Positions 36,837-57,968 are shown, counted from the first letter of the stretch. The stretch: DNA of 64,000 bases from the human T2T-CHM13v2.0 reference genome, Homo sapiens (GCF_009914755.1 NC_060941.1), one strand, 5' to 3'. Made by a program: numbers and translations. The notes: generated by a model from the letters alone, not told the origin.

Positions 36837-37590
36837 TTAACTTTATTAGAACGAAAAAAAAATTGAGAAAGCTTGCCTTAAAATAGAGTGCAAAAATTAA
36901 GGCCAATCAGTGGTCCCTGAAGTGTGCAATGCATTAGCTCCCCTCTTCCCAGGAGAGCAGGGGGCCAGGTGGCAGTCTGCAGGCCACCTGCATTTGCAGC
37001 AGCTGCTTCTGGGGTCTTGGAAGCTTTTCAGTGCCAGGTGAAGCTACAGGAAACCTTGCTTGTGCCAAGGCTCAAGGAAGACAGAGGAAGCTGAAGAAAG
37101 AAAGGGCACATAAAAGAGGAGGCAAGCAACCATGAAAACAAATTGCACAAATTTACTTTGGGGACCATCTTGTTCTCACTTGTTAGATGTTTCTAACTTG
37201 GAGCTCCAGGAAAGGAATTTGGGTGGGGAAGGGATGTACCCTTTAATGTATGCCAAGCATTTTACATATGCTATCTCATTCCATCCTGCCAGCAGTCCTA
37301 TAAAGGGAAGAGGACTAACATTTGCTAAGTATTTGAAAATGTTAGTACTTGTACATGGCTCTGTACATGGAGCTAATATGTACTTCATGAGACAGAAATT
37401 ATTGTCCCCATTTTACAGATTAAGACGACTGAGGCTCAGAAACAGTAAAACAGCTTGCCATACAAATAACTATAAAGTCAGACTTGAGGTGGAGTTGTGC
37501 CTGACCTCAAGGTCACACTTCCCTATATGTACCACTGTGTTGCCAAGGACAGCGTTAAAAGAACCTGATGAAAACAATCTAGGTAGTTCA

Positions 37591-37701
<111 letters not shown>

Positions 37702-37738
37702 TTATTTCCTCCCTTGCGTGTCCTGCCGTTCTCTAGAG

Positions 37739-37922
37739 CAGTGGTTCTCCAAGGGTGATCCTTAGACTTGCAGCATTAACATAACCCGGGAACTCGTTAG
37801 GAATGCAAATTCTCAGGCCTCATCTCAGACCTGCTGAATCAGAAACTCTGGGGGTCTAGCAATGTGTGTTTTACTTAGCCCTTCAGGTGATTCTGATGTC
37901 TGATAAAATTTGAGAACCACTG
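37739..37922. mobile_element. MER5A, full length
   Basis: Terminal inverted repeats cagtggttctc/gagaaccactg; decayed 8-bp TSD ctctagag/ctttaggg. Confidence 0.88.
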
Positions 37923-38428
37923 CTTTAGGGCATTCCAGGTTTGAAAGGAATTCTTTAGGTATGACAAAATCCCACACAACACTCAAAATAGAAATGATGA
38001 TGATCATACATAACACTTGCAGAACCCCAGGTGTCAGGTTCTGTTTCTAAGCACTCGCATACATTAATTCAGGATGAATGTTCACAATTAATCTTCACAA
38101 CAACCCTCTGAAATAGACTGTGTTATTGTTACTCCTATTTAGCAGATGAGGAAATTTAGGTTAAGAAACTTGCCTAAAAATCACACAGACAGTAAGTGGT
38201 AAAATTGGTAAAAATCCAGGCAGTCTAGCTCTAAGGTTTATGCTCTTAATCTCTATTTTATAGTCTCTCAAAAAGTTAGTAACATCAAAACAATCTAAAT
38301 GTTTCCCCATCTCTATTCACCTATATTTCATACTTTTTTCCTGGTTTATGAAAAGACAGAAGGCAGGCTGAGCATGGTGGCTCACGCCTGTAATCCCAGC
38401 ATTTTGGGAGGCCGAGGCAGGGGGATCA

Positions 38429-39071
<643 letters not shown>

Positions 39072-40961
39072 CTAAGACAAGCATCTGCTAACTCAGTATG
39101 CTGCTTTATCCTCAAAGTGCTCTGCAAAGCAAAGCAAGTTGGGAGGCAGCATAGACAAGCCACCCTGAGCTCGTTGGCATGGTCCTCTTCTGTGCTGGTG
39201 CAGGTCTTCTCCCTTCCTGCAGTGCAGGAAGCAGTCCTACCTGGCAGCCATGGGTGTCAAGGGTCCCCATAAGATCATTTAATATAATTTGAAATTTAAA
39301 AAATCCATTTTCGTCCTTGTTAAAAGTAGTCCTGCGCAGATCTTAAATGATCATCTGTATCCTAGTTCTAAAGAACCTTCCACTTTAGGCACCTGTCAGG
39401 AGCCTAGAGCTTTGGATGTGAGCCCTCCAAAATAGCAGTTGAGAGTTCCAGTAACTCCCCAAAGGTCTCTTTAAGGGAAACAACAGAGTGATGATATATA
39501 GTAATCAGGCAGGCAAGCCCATTATCAGAAGAAACTACTCAAGTGCCCTCTGCCCTTTATCCTTCTGCAAAATTACTGACCCATCTCAAAGTGCAGACAT
39601 TACCTAGAAACCTGGTCCAGATAATTCCCATAAGTGAAATGAGGGAAGGCTTCTGCAGACTGTGCTGGGGTGCAGCAGCACCATAAGGCCAGAGCCCAGG
39701 ACAAAGTCTGGTAACACAGCTGCTGAAATGGAGGAGGTGAATGGAAGGTTTACACAGCAACTATAGAGGGAAGACAGCAGGATCCAGAGAAAAAGTATCA
39801 GCTATGATCAAACTGCAAAGGAGCCTACAATACTGCCTTAAATCATGACCGAGGAACAAATGATACTAAGAATCTACCTGAGCAGGACATGTGTGGGGTG
39901 ACCTCCACTCTCAGCAGTTCTGTTATTTTAAGAAGAGCAACCAAAGAGGAGGAATTTGCAAGGACTGCCTAGGGAATCCCAGATATGGAAAGCAGGGGTG
40001 GGAGTGTGGGCTCTAAGAGCCTGACCCAACAACCCTGTGACTCTACAACACTGTGGCACTGGGGGAGGGGTAAAGTGAAGCAAGAAAGGTCCTATGACCA
40101 TGGAAAAAGAAAGAAACCAAGGAAGGTCTGACAGCACTGACTGGCTCCACCCAAGTTCATCAGGCCAAGGGACAGGAGCTAAGGGTTATGATAATGACCC
40201 TGAAGAGAGCTGTCCATTGAGTCAGACCTGAAAATTCTGATTTACCTCCTCCTTTATGAAACCCAAGACCTCAGAGACCCTGAAAACCAAGGGGTGCCCC
40301 TCAGGAAATTATAGGTCCCATAACAAGAACTGGACTATCCAGAGTCTGATGAGATGCATTTTCTGAGGGTGAAGGGCTGGTTGGCCAGGCTGTCAAGAAA
40401 GGCGCAGTCAAGTCTTTCCTAGGAAAACAGACCACCTGCCCCAGTTTCCATAACAATGTAACATTTACTTTCAGCATCAGACCAGCTGGACAGGGCCAGC
40501 CAATCAGCTGCAAATAAAATTTGGTTGGTAACTGCTCTGCCTGAAAATTCTGGTCTCTGTAGGTTTTGTGCCACTGACTTCCCTGTTCTTAGGAAGGGGA
40601 TTTATTTATTCACAATTTCAATACCTTTAATACCTACAGCTAATGGCAAAACTGAAAGCACAGGTGTCTTGGCCTGGGAAGCTAGACCTCAGGCCTCAAA
40701 GGAATGGCTGGTTTGGTCTGAAAAGGAGATAAGAACTCCTTTAATAAAAGAAATTCATCATAATAAACCACTTGAATGTTACTTCCCCTTAGATTCATCA
40801 ACATAAGTCCTTTAAGTAACAAAATGACAACTGACACAAGCCAATCATCCTGGCCAGGCTGTGGCTCATTTTATTGCAAAACTGCCCCTTCCTAAATTTT
40901 GGAAAACTGCCCCTTCCTATATTCAACCAGGCCATCATACAGCCTTTTATACTAGTGTTCA

Positions 40962-41120
<159 letters not shown>

Positions 41121-42213
41121 TTAAAAAAGACAAAAGGGAAAATGTCTTAACACCCTCCTGGACCTGAACTGAATTTTTCTCGGCTCTCACATAGACTTGA
41201 CTGAGGATTTCTCTCAATGATGAAACAAACTAAGGAGGAAGGAAGCCTCTTACATAATAGTTCCAGTAGAGACCTCCTAACATGTGAATGGCCTTTACTC
41301 CCCACTTCTACCCCAATCCCTTTCCTTTCCTACATCAGCCCTTACCCTGGTACTGCTTGATCTATGCCCCTCCCTTCCTAAGGATATTTGGAGGAGGTAA
41401 AGTACAAATTCTTACTAAGTGGCTCAATCTGGACCAGGGCTGCTGGAGGAATACAGAGGTTCTGGACCAGTCAAAATGAACAAAAGCACAAAGTAGGAGG
41501 CCTTTAACTAAATATTATCAGGCCAGGGGATTTAGAGGCAACCACACTTTGGGTCTTGCCCCAAGTGCTCAATTATAACATTGACCAAAATACCTCAACA
41601 TAATTCACAAAATCCCTATCCCCCTGAGGGAAATTCCAAGAGTTATACCAAAGACAGAAGACGTTAAAATTAAAGTAATAAAGGTAATATGCCTCAAGAC
41701 TGCTAATATTCTCAGACCTTGTGATTTGGAAACTGTCTTCTAAGAATCTATCCTAAGGAAAGGATCAGAGGTACAGATAAAAATTTATGTATAAAGAGCA
41801 AAAATTGGAAAATGATATAAATCTTAAACATAAGAAAATGGTTAAGCAACATGTAGAATGGACTATAACTACTACATATATTTATGAACAATTTTTAATA
41901 ACAAGGGAAAAGCCTCAAAATATAACAAGGGAATAAAGCAGTCCAGAACTGATACACAATATGATCTCACTATGCTAAAACATATTATTATATATTTATA
42001 AAAATATTTAAAAGATATGCAAAAAAAAAGTACATGAGGTTAAAAAAGTGTATAGTCACCTTCTTTGTTAAGCTTTTATTTATTCTCCAAGTTTCCTACA
42101 ATGAGTGTGTTTTACTTTTATAATCATGGGGAAAACAGCATTTCTGTCTGAACCTAATGTGGCATCAAAGATTGATAAGCATCAATTTAAGCCTCCTTGA
42201 TTATAAACTTCTA

Positions 42214-42336
<123 letters not shown>

Positions 42337-42424
42337 CTATAAGGAAGAGATAAACATGGTAACTGTCATGTGTGTTGAGCTAAAAAGGCATATGCAGCTC
42401 AGTCATTTCCAGTTGTTTTGTTGA

Positions 42425-42796
<372 letters not shown>

Positions 42797-43063
42797 TGAC
42801 TGCCTCCTCAGCACTCAGTACTTACCGCTGTGTTACATCAGGCCTGTCTTTCTCACTAGACAGTGAGCTCCTTTGAGGCAGGGATCATGTCTTTCTTATT
42901 CACACTTGGATGCCTTGAAGAGGGCCTGACATGGTGCTTGGCACTTAGAATCTGCCCAATTAACGGTTAAATGAACACATAAAATTCCTTGTCATCTCCC
43001 TACTTCAAAGTGAGACCTTTTTTGAGCCAAATACCAAAAAAGTTGACAATCAATTTTTCATAA

Positions 43064-43270
<207 letters not shown>

Positions 43271-43717
43271 TAGAGATGGGGTTTCGTCATGCTGCCCAGG
43301 CTGGTCTCAAACTCCTGAAATCAAGTGATCTGCCCGCCTCGGTCTCCCAAAGTGCTGGGATTATAGGCTTGAGCCACTGTGCCTGGCCAGAACTTGTAGT
43401 TTTCCTGACTAGGGTACACATATGAGAAAGGGAGAGGAAAAGAAAAAAAAAGGAGGAAGAAGTAGAAGAAGAGGAGGAGAAGAAGGCAGTATATGATTAA
43501 GTGTTTTTCCTGCAGGTTATTAGTTCAGGAGTTCAGAGAACAGTAGAGATCGATCAAAACTCTCAGGGAAGTAACCAGGGAAGGCTTTAAGGAGGAAGCA
43601 AAACTTAAGCCTCCCATAATATAGACTCAAGAGAGGAGTCCCAGGCAAGCCAGGAGAGGACCCAGCTTATTTCTTGCTTTCTTAATGAATTTGGAGAAAT
43701 CTTGGCAGTTTGGGTCA

Positions 43718-44014
<297 letters not shown>

Positions 44015-44295
44015 TTATATTATTTCTCCTTTTTTCCTTTTTCCCTTTGTTTTTGTTTTTTCTGCCCCAATATGATGTGCAGAAATGAATCTTTTACATT
44101 ATTAAAACAAACAAACAAACAAACAAACAAACAAAACATCCAAACCCACAAACCTATACCTATACTAAGGATTTTCCAAATTGTTAATAACTGAAATAAG
44201 GCCGGGTACGGTGGCTCACGCCTGTAATCCCAGCACTTTGTGGGAGGCCGAGGTGGGTGGATCACGAGGTCAGGAGATCAAGACCATCCTGGCTA

Positions 44296-44503
<208 letters not shown>

Positions 44504-44927
44504 TTACTGAAACAATCATTGATCTGAGACACAGCTCCTCATGGTATAAAAAATAATAGTCTCTAAACTTGGCCTCTAAACTTTACCAAAATAAAATAAA
44601 CGGTGATTTTTTAAACCACAAATATATTGGAAGTAAGGCCACTAAAGAGAGGATATTTGATGCTGGTTGCATATGGTTGCAGGACTTAAGAACTATATAA
44701 AGTTTAAGCACAAGGTACTGTTTTAAGTTGCAAACTCTACAAAGCTCAATGTTTTTGTACTAAATTCAGTAGTGCTTAGAGGAGATGTAGCATTTGCATG
44801 GCTTTACCACTGCAGTTCTAACCAAAACCTCCTAACGGCTGCCCAATAATCACCACCACCATCACCCCGCCCCCTGGCCTACAATGGGATTACCCAGTTT
44901 TGGCCCTAAAGAAAAACCTTTGCACTA

Positions 44928-45167
<240 letters not shown>

Positions 45168-45328
45168 TTAAGAGCACACAGTAATGATGAGAAGATGACT
45201 AGAAAAATCAAACAATATATTCCTGAGAGGTACTTTTTAAGTATAATCTTAACAAAATTTGTATGTGGCAATAGGCCAGAATTAGAGAATATCTTAGAAC
45301 ATCTTATGTATCTTAAAGAGAATATTAG

Positions 45329-45688
<360 letters not shown>

Positions 45689-46037
45689 TAGATACTGTAA
45701 CTTTAAACATATCAGCAGCTAAAAATAAACTATTTCCATAGATGAAATATTCCATATTTCCAGGATATTTACGTGGAAAACAGATTTAATCTACCTTAAG
45801 CGTAAACTTATTATTATTATGATTATTATTATCATCACTACATTTCCTTGAGTGTAAGCTGCTATTAGTTATAAATCATATCACCAATTTGATAACAACT
45901 TTTTGGTGAAAGAAGCAGCATACTCACATTAAGTCTACACGTAAAAATGGAAAGATCCTTACAAACAAGAATATACTATTCCCTTAAAACCAAGACTTTA
46001 CACAAGCATCCCTAGGCATTCTCTTTGGTGATCATAC

Positions 46038-46100
46038 ATGTCTTTCTCTTTCAGTTCCTTTGGTGACTCCTTTGATGTCTCTTCTTGTTCATCTTCAGTA
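46038..46100 (-). CDS. TEX14: TEX14 exon, 63 nt (TEDEQEETSKESPKELKEKD)
   Basis: ctcacag| acceptor, CAT|gtatga donor; phases 2/2. Confidence 0.9.
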
Positions 46101-46265
46101 CTGTGAGAAAGAAAGTAAGAAAATTACATAAATCCCCTCTGTGAACAAAGTACACTAACTACTTGCTACAAGGAACCAGTTGATCAGCCCAGTGTGAGAC
46201 GCAGAGGAAAGGGCACTAAGCTCAGGAGTAGAAAGTGTGAGTTCTGTGCCAGGCACGTTGGCTCA

Positions 46266-46613
<348 letters not shown>

Positions 46614-46949
46614 TCATTTTTCTCTCCAGAGTTGAATAAATACTCTCTAAGGGTCAGCTCTGAAATCAGTTAAAGACTCTATACGACTGTGAGCAAATTC
46701 ATGAGAAAATCAACAGAGCACAGGAACTTTGCTGGGAGGTAAGATATTGGAGCAAAGGGGCACAGCCATGAGGCCTCAGCACCTGTAAGAAGCTTCCTGG
46801 CATAGTGTACCAGGAGAGGCCAGAGAGGCTTGTACCAAAAAATGGCCAGAATAGTGAAGACAAACTTGACCTGTTTCTACTTTAACCAATATTTAAGATT
46901 CAATGTCAGTACTCACTGAACATTAACTATAAGGCAGATCCCATGCTAA

Positions 46950-47182
<233 letters not shown>

Positions 47183-47989
47183 TGATCTCAAACTCCTGAC
47201 CTCAGGTGATCTGCCTGCCTCGGCCTCCCAAAGTGCTAAGATTACAGGTGTGAGCCACTGTGCCTGTCCTTCACATTTTTAATCCTTGCAAAAATCCTCT
47301 GAGACCAGTGATATAAATGAAAGATCATGGATTTGGGGTTGAGTTGTGACTTTATTAATTCTGTTACCAAAAATGTTTGTTTCTCCTTCTAAATAATACA
47401 ACAGGACTTTTTGGCCCTCTTGATTTACATAAATGACCACAGAACTTGTTTTAACCAATAAAATATGAGTGAAAGTGATGAGTCACTTCTGGGCAGAAAC
47501 TTTAACAGCCAGTACACAACTCACCGTGTTCCATTTTTCCTGCCTTAGCAATCAAGGAAGCACAAAAATGGGGCCTCCCTCAGCCTAAGTCTGATAGAAG
47601 GCAATATAGCACAGAACATTCCTGGCCAACCCATGAGCCATGGACATGAAGCAGGAGCAAAGAAGAAACTTGTTGTTTTAAACCACTAAAATTTGGGAGT
47701 TGTTTACTATATATAGCATAATCTAGTCTATCCTGACTGACTAGCTGAGTGACCTTAGAAAAAAATATTTAAACTCTCTGAACTTTGCTTTCTTTACTGG
47801 CAAATGGAGGCAATGGTATGTGCCTCACAGGGTTGTTATGTGGATTAAATCAGACAATGAAACAGAGTGCCTGGCATATGCTAGATATTTAGGAAATACT
47901 AGCTACAATAATTATAATTAAGGAAACTGAGGCCCAGAGAGAATAAAATAAATTGAATGTTATTGTGCCAGATACGTTATAACAATTAT

Positions 47990-48900
<911 letters not shown>

Positions 48901-49191
48901 TTATATTATTACTTTAAGTTCCTATTGTCAACATTCTCAGTAAGGATTCTTATCCCTGCTTCACAGATGGGAAAATAGAATAGAGGGGTTGAGAACCTTG
49001 ACAAGGTCACATGAACAGAAAGTCAGAGTCAGATCTAAGTAAAGGTGATGACTCAATCCCTCAAATTCTACTGCACAAGTCCTAACACAGCTAAGCTGCC
49101 CAAAGCTAACTTTTATAAGATAGTAGCTAATACATCTGAAGACAAGCAATATATAAACACGGAGCATTATCACCATTTAACACTGCATCTA

Positions 49192-49350
<159 letters not shown>

Positions 49351-51493
49351 TTACTGAATCTTTGTCAACCCAAATTATTGTCACCATTCCCTAGAATGTC
49401 CCTTGGTCTGGTCCAGAATTAGAAATAATCTGGATAAACAAAGTGCTGCCCTAATTGGGTTTGGATTGAGTGCTGTAGAAGAGGTTTTTGCTCTGAAAGT
49501 TTATTTTCCTTGCTCAGAGCACAGAACTATATTCTGACACTCAGAATACAATCAAGCTATTTACTGGCCTTTCAGTTATAACCACAGTTATTTCTGAAGA
49601 CAAATGTTGTTTTGTCTTTTTAAGAAGGCAAACTGACCCGGTTCCTGTCAACAGACGCCAGGGGGCGTTGAAAACAAGAACTGTTTGTTAACTAAACAGC
49701 CCCGAACTCTAACTATGCCACTTGGCCATCAAACACTAGGTGTGGGCGTGGGCGTGGGCGTGGGGTCTTGAGTACTGAGGAGCTAATTCAACTGTCTTCT
49801 GTTCTTCTTGGCATCAAGTTATCTGAAGTTACTCCTCCCCAGTTCTCAGTAAGATGCTTTGCTCCAGGCAGGCAGGGCCAGTATCCATTTTCCTTCCCAC
49901 CACTGTACTGTCCTAGTTAATAAAGAAGGGGGCAGATGGAGCATCCAGCCCTGTTTCCAAATGCCTATGACTCCCCCACCCCCATCCCATTCCTTAGGTC
50001 CAGGTGGTCTGGTAGACACTAAGAAGGCCCATCAGAACAATGCCACCTTTCACAGCTACCAAGGAGCTCTGAAACCCCACCAGTGGAGAGACATTGGGGG
50101 TTCCTCTTCCTCTGACCCTTTTAAAATGATAAATATCCAGAAAGCATAAACTAATTCCTAAGAAGCAACATTTAGAGCTTAGAGACTTTAGAGTCCGACC
50201 CTCTCCTTTACTTTATACCAGGGGAAAGTAGGGCCCCTGGGGTGAAGTGACTTGCTGAAGGTTATGCAGAAAAAGTCAGTGGCAGAATGGGTCTTGGAAC
50301 CTAGCATGCTGCATCCTGTACCCCTGTTGTGTCCTCTCATGTGGAAGGGGATATATATCAGAACACTAGAAGGAAAAGGGGGCAGAGAGGGGCAGAAAGA
50401 AGTGAATGGAGTAGAAATCAGAGACTTTTTCACATACTTCATGTGTCTGTATTAAACTAGCTCTGGTTATCTGACCTGTCTGCCCTAAACTTTTCCATCC
50501 CACTCAACTCACCTCCACATACAAGTTAAGTGGCCACATACAAGGCAGGTCCAAAAAAGAGGCTCTGCAGGAAGAGGTGGGTGGCCCAAGGCTCTGGAGA
50601 CTTTTAATACATATTATGCTGAGACTTTAAGTAAAAGTTGATCTAAAAGCTTACAGCTTCTTAAAATGCTCCCAACTCTGGCAGGGGCCTTCACAAGGTT
50701 ACAGTTGGAAGCTGGAGTATGCAGTAGAAGAAGGGAGTAAGTTCATAACACTACGCTGTTTGGGTTTAGACGGTTGAGACATGACCATGGATAGCTACAC
50801 AGGTTGGTAGGTGGATAACTCTACTTTTAAAATAGATGAGTACATACCTTAAAAGAACAAGAGTACACAATTTTAAAAATGTAACAAAGCCAACAGTTAA
50901 CTTATATCTGTCTGGTGCCACATCCCTGGCTACTGATCCAAGGCTACCTTCTCATCTAAAAGAAAGCCCCTGCTAAGTTATATAGAACCCAAGGCCTCCC
51001 AAGTGGTAGATGTTAAGTTGAATCTGCATTGTTAACTGTTACTAACTCTTTGCTAAGATGCTAAGCAAGCAAAGGAAAATGCTGGTGACACTGCCTTCTG
51101 GGGAGAAGAAATACATGGAAACCTAGTTCTAATTTTGTTATGTTAATAACTAGCTATGTAGCTTGGGCAAATCCCCCAGGTCAGCTTAGCAAAGATAACT
51201 GCACTTGCTATGTGGCACACCAAGGAGCCTGAAAGCTTGAGAGACCAAAGGGGGAAAAAGCAGTGACTACAACAACATTTGCTATAAAAATGCAAGGGGA
51301 GGTATAAATAATACAACACGTGGATGTCATGAGGTTGGTGAGGAGGAAGGGATTTGTTCTATTGAGGAGAAATCATTGAACCTTGGTTTTCTCAACCATA
51401 TAATGAAAGGTTTGGACGAGGCTGTCCCTCAGGATCCCCCCAGCTCTAAACATCTGTGATCCAACAGAAGAAATTTAAGGGAAGTGATTCTCA

Positions 51494-51586
<93 letters not shown>

Positions 51587-52026
51587 CTAAAAAAGAACAA
51601 AAGAAAAGCAAAGAAAGGAGGTTCACTGGAGGCAGACATATTAAAAGGTCAATAATTTCTTGATGTTCTTAAATCTTGAAAATCTTCATAAGATCCCTGC
51701 ATCTTTATAGAAAAAGCACAAACTTGCTTCCTAGACATTAAGTACTTATTTGTATCATATGTCCTCTCCTCAGTAAGTCCTCCCTCACCTCTCATTGTGA
51801 AGAGGAATTATGTGACTCCGCCTCCTTATATCACTATCCCTATTCAACCCAATCTTCCAACAAAGATATTTTGGTTCTTGGGAGCTTTATCAGAAGAGCT
51901 AAAGAAGGCTTAAAAGCTGGCCCAGTCTGCAAAACTACTCTACGAGGTAAGAAGTCAGAACAATGGTTCCTTTTGGAAGAGGCAGTGACTGGATGGGATC
52001 ACAAGGGGTCTTTTGGGGACTAGTAA

Positions 52027-52464
<438 letters not shown>

Positions 52465-52904
52465 TGAAATTACATCTTTGATGCATCCTAGAATTCTTAT
52501 CAGTCAAATACTGTGATTGACACAATCCTCCCTTTCATATAGGTAAAAGATCCCAAAAAGGTGCCAGGTTAGCAGGGAGGTAGGGTGGAAAATAAGTAAA
52601 TAAGAGAATTCATCAAAATTCATTTTACAAATGAAAATACTCTGTACAGGAGGTTCTTGTAAAAGCTAGGCAGATTCCCAAGAAAACTTGGTATATTGGA
52701 CAGTCTCATATTTGTTGCTGAACCCTTGCCTCAATCCTGGCTCTCCCATCACTAAAACTTGGCAGGCTGGAGTTAATTAATTCCGTATATCTGCAGAACA
52801 CCAGTCTTCCTCAGAGAGAGGAATGATAGCCTTGTCCTTTCCCATTAGGAAGTATGAATTAAGTAGCATGAATAAAAACATTTTGAGCCAGGCATGGTGG
52901 CTCA

Positions 52905-53294
<390 letters not shown>

Positions 53295-53465
53295 TCAAAA
53301 CACGTATGAATGCATGGGTTCATATCACACTCCTGACACCAAAAAAGGTATAAAAAATCCTGGTAGACATTACATACTTTGATATGTAAGCTATTTTTCT
53401 CAATAAAAGAAATAAGGCAATGGAGAAAGGTGAAAAGGTACTTTACCCTGAACTGCGTTTTTTAC

Positions 53466-53585
53466 CTCTAGAGCTAAGTTTTCTTGAGCAGTCGAGGAGT
53501 AAAAATATTCACCGTCTGGAGTTAAAAATTCATCTGTTATATCCTCAGAAGACTCTGGTGAACAAGTTGATTGCATGGACTGATG
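53466..53585 (-). CDS. TEX14: TEX14 120-nt symmetric cassette exon ([10 protein letters not shown]...NLALE)
   Basis: Weak acceptor attattaatag| and weak donor GAG|gtaaaa; phase 0/0; 40 open codons. Confidence 0.8.
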
Positions 53586-54088
53586 CTATTAATAATGTAG
53601 GAAATCACTTTTAAGTTGCTGTTCATTGTAACGAAATCCCTTTATAGTTGGATGCAGTGTTAACAACGGGGTTATCTAACACTACCCAGCAGTCAGTGTG
53701 ACACTGAGCTGACTCTCCCTACCTCTTTGTGCATGTGCCTCTGCCTTCCCTTCCTGGTGGGGAAAAGCAGCTGTTAACTGACTGGAATAGCATGAAGGAA
53801 TGCTAATCCTGAGCCTCAGCATCATCATCTGCAGAATGGGTGGAGATGAGGTGACCGTCCTATTCTAATATTCTAAATAAGGAGAAAGGCCCTAGTCAAC
53901 TCAAGTTGAGGACTGAATTTAAACACACTAATCCCTCACAGGCAGAGACATAGCCCATGTGTTGGCATCATCTTACAGATGAGGAGGCTGCGGCTACTCA
54001 GAACCTGTGAGTCCCTTGAGTATTATAGGTTAAAGGCAAATGAAGAAGCATTTTAAAAACAGCAATGTAGTCTCAATAATAAAAATAA

Positions 54089-54238
<150 letters not shown>

Positions 54239-54395
54239 TGAGTAGCTGGGACTATAGGCATGTGCCACCATGCCCAGCTAATTTTTGTATTTTTAGTAGA
54301 GAGGGGTTTCACTATGGTGGCCAAACTGGTCTTGAACTCCTGACTTCGTGATCTGCCTGCCTCTGCCTCCCAAAGTGCTGGGATTACAGACATGA

Positions 54396-54734
<339 letters not shown>

Positions 54735-54844
54735 TAGCATCTCTGCTCCACCCCTTTTTTCCTGCTTATTTCACAATATTCAGGACCTGATTACTATGTG
54801 GCCAAACAAATGGCTCACTTCAGTCTTTTTTTTTTTTTTTTTGA

Positions 54845-54985
<141 letters not shown>

Positions 54986-56312
54986 TGACTAATTTTTATT
55001 TTTTTTAGACAGGGTCTCACTCTGTCCCCCAGGCTGGAGTGCAGTGGCCTGATCATGGCTCACTGCAGCCTCAACCTCCCCAGACTCAGGTGATCCTCCC
55101 ACTTCAGCCTCCCAAGTAGCTGGGACTAGAGGCATGCAGCATATCCAGCTAACTTTTGTATCTTTTGTAGAGATGGGGTCTTGCCATGTTGCCAAGGCTG
55201 GTCTCAAACTCCTGGACTCAAGCAATCTGCCCACCTTGGCCTCCCAAAGGGCTGGGATTACAGGAGTGAGCCACTGCACTCAGCTGATTTTTACATTTTT
55301 TTGTAGGCAGGGTCATACTATGGTGCCCAGCCTGGTCTTGAACTCCTGGCTTTAAGCGATCCTCCAGCTTCAGCCTCCCAATGTACTGGAATTATAGGTG
55401 TGAGCCACTACACCCAACCTTCAGTGATCTCTTGGCAGAGATTTTGTGACTAATTTCCTCGGACACTGCTTTTTGCCACACACTTCCCTTCCTGTGCACT
55501 TAACAGCTGCTCCTCTTTACCTCTCATCAAACTGAATTCGTCCTGGCCTCCGGCAGACATTCCCCACTTTCCTGCCTAGGCCTGCTTCTCCAGCTCAGCC
55601 AGTATGGTTAATATGACTGTTCTTCCAGCCCTCAAGTCCGAGAAAGAATAAGTTGATCTTATGAATGGTTCATATGCCATGATTAAATACAATAGGTCAA
55701 AAGACCTTACATTTTATCACTATTGTATTCATATATTGTATCATTCTCAATTGCTGTCTATATTCTTTAAATGATTGCAATCCCATGTCAATGACAATAA
55801 AAAAATTTTGGTTTCTTAGTCTGGCTGCGCTATGGCCTAGAGTGTGTTAAAGCCCTGAAGCAAGGCTGTAACTGCAGTGGAAACGCATATAGATCCTGCT
55901 GAGGTGCAGTTGTCAGGCACAAACACATCACTTCCACTGAGCTGGGTGCTGAGTTTGGCCCTTAGAGGATATTCCAGGTGAAGATACTCTCATAGCAACC
56001 CTGCCCTTGCTTTTCCTACTCCTAACTGACCTCAGTCGCCTGCTGGGGAAGGAGCTTTGCCCTAGTTTTGTTTAGCAAACTATGCCAGAAACTCATGTGC
56101 CAAAGCTGAATCTGACACTTTTCTGTACTCTCCCAATCTCCAGGATACACAATTCATTGAGTTGAACTGACTTTTTAAAAAGTATCAGACAGGAGGAAAG
56201 ATTATTTTATTCATGTCAGTGACATGAAGGCACATGCTCCAGCCAAAAAGAACTACTATAGCTATTATTTTGGTGTCATAACACATAACAATAACTCAGT
56301 TCTATCTTATTA

Positions 56313-56489
<177 letters not shown>

Positions 56490-57626
56490 TCAGTGATATT
56501 CAGACAACATGGAAGAGGATAAAGGTGGCATGAAAGAAGAGATGTATACATATTCTGCCAAGAGTGGCCATGTCCCATACGTTAGGTTCAGTCCAGAGAG
56601 TAGAGACTGTTAGTTTAGCCTGACCCCAAAATGCAGCCCTGGATCATCTGCCCACCCATTCGAGAGTGATGCTTGACAAGAAACAGATTCTAAATACAAA
56701 TAATACCCAAGCCAATAGATTTTCTGCCTAAGACAAATGACAAGTTTAGATGTATCTTTCTTTAACTTATAAACAACTGTGAAACAATATCCATGCCCTG
56801 ATTATAAGCAAATTATCAACTGAAAATATACAGCCTTCATTTTTTTTAACCTGTAAATCTATAAACCGATGACAATAAATGTCATGTGTCTCTAGGTTCC
56901 TCCAGCATAGACTCTCTGGAAAAATTTAATGCCAGCTTAGAATACATTCTAAATAAATTCTGGGAGAATTTAATTTCAGCTTAGAATACAATGCAGAGAC
57001 ATGGGCAGTAGGCAGTGATGGCCTACCTCTATCCCCAGGTAAAGAAGGATCGATTCCTCGCCAAAACCAGGGTCAGTATTTGATTATTTTACTTCCTTTG
57101 GACAAAGGGACCTGTTTCAGTAATATAAAAACTGATCAGTGTCTGGATCTGTTTGCCTGTGGGAAATGCAATGAGATATAGGGCTATACTGTCTTCCCCT
57201 GGAATTCAAGGTTTCCAGAAAAGTAGGAAAGGAGAGAGGACCAAACCAAAAAAAATATGCTGGAAAGTTTACTTTTTTGAGAGCTGATAACTTTTTTTTA
57301 CTTTTATTTTTATTTTGAGACAGGGTCTCACTGTCACCCAAGCTGGAGTGCAGTTTCATGATCACAGCTCACTGCAACCTCCACCTCTCAGGTCCAAGTG
57401 ATCCTCCCACCTCAGCCTCCTGGGTACCTGGAACTAGAGGCGTGTGCCACCACGCCCAGCTAATGTTTTTTTTTTTTTTTTTTTTTTTTTTGTAGAGACC
57501 AGGTTTCATCATGTTGACCAGGCTGGTCCCAAATTCCTGGGCTCAGGTGATCCGCTCGCCTCACCTCCCAAAGTGCTGGAATTACAGGCTGAGCCACCTC
57601 GCCCGACTGATACTTGATTGAGTTCA

Positions 57627-57968
<342 letters not shown>

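Noticed and set aside
39235-39330. Minus-strand donor CAG|gtagga as an extra TEX14 exon
   Set aside because: No convincing acceptor; flanking exons already join in frame.
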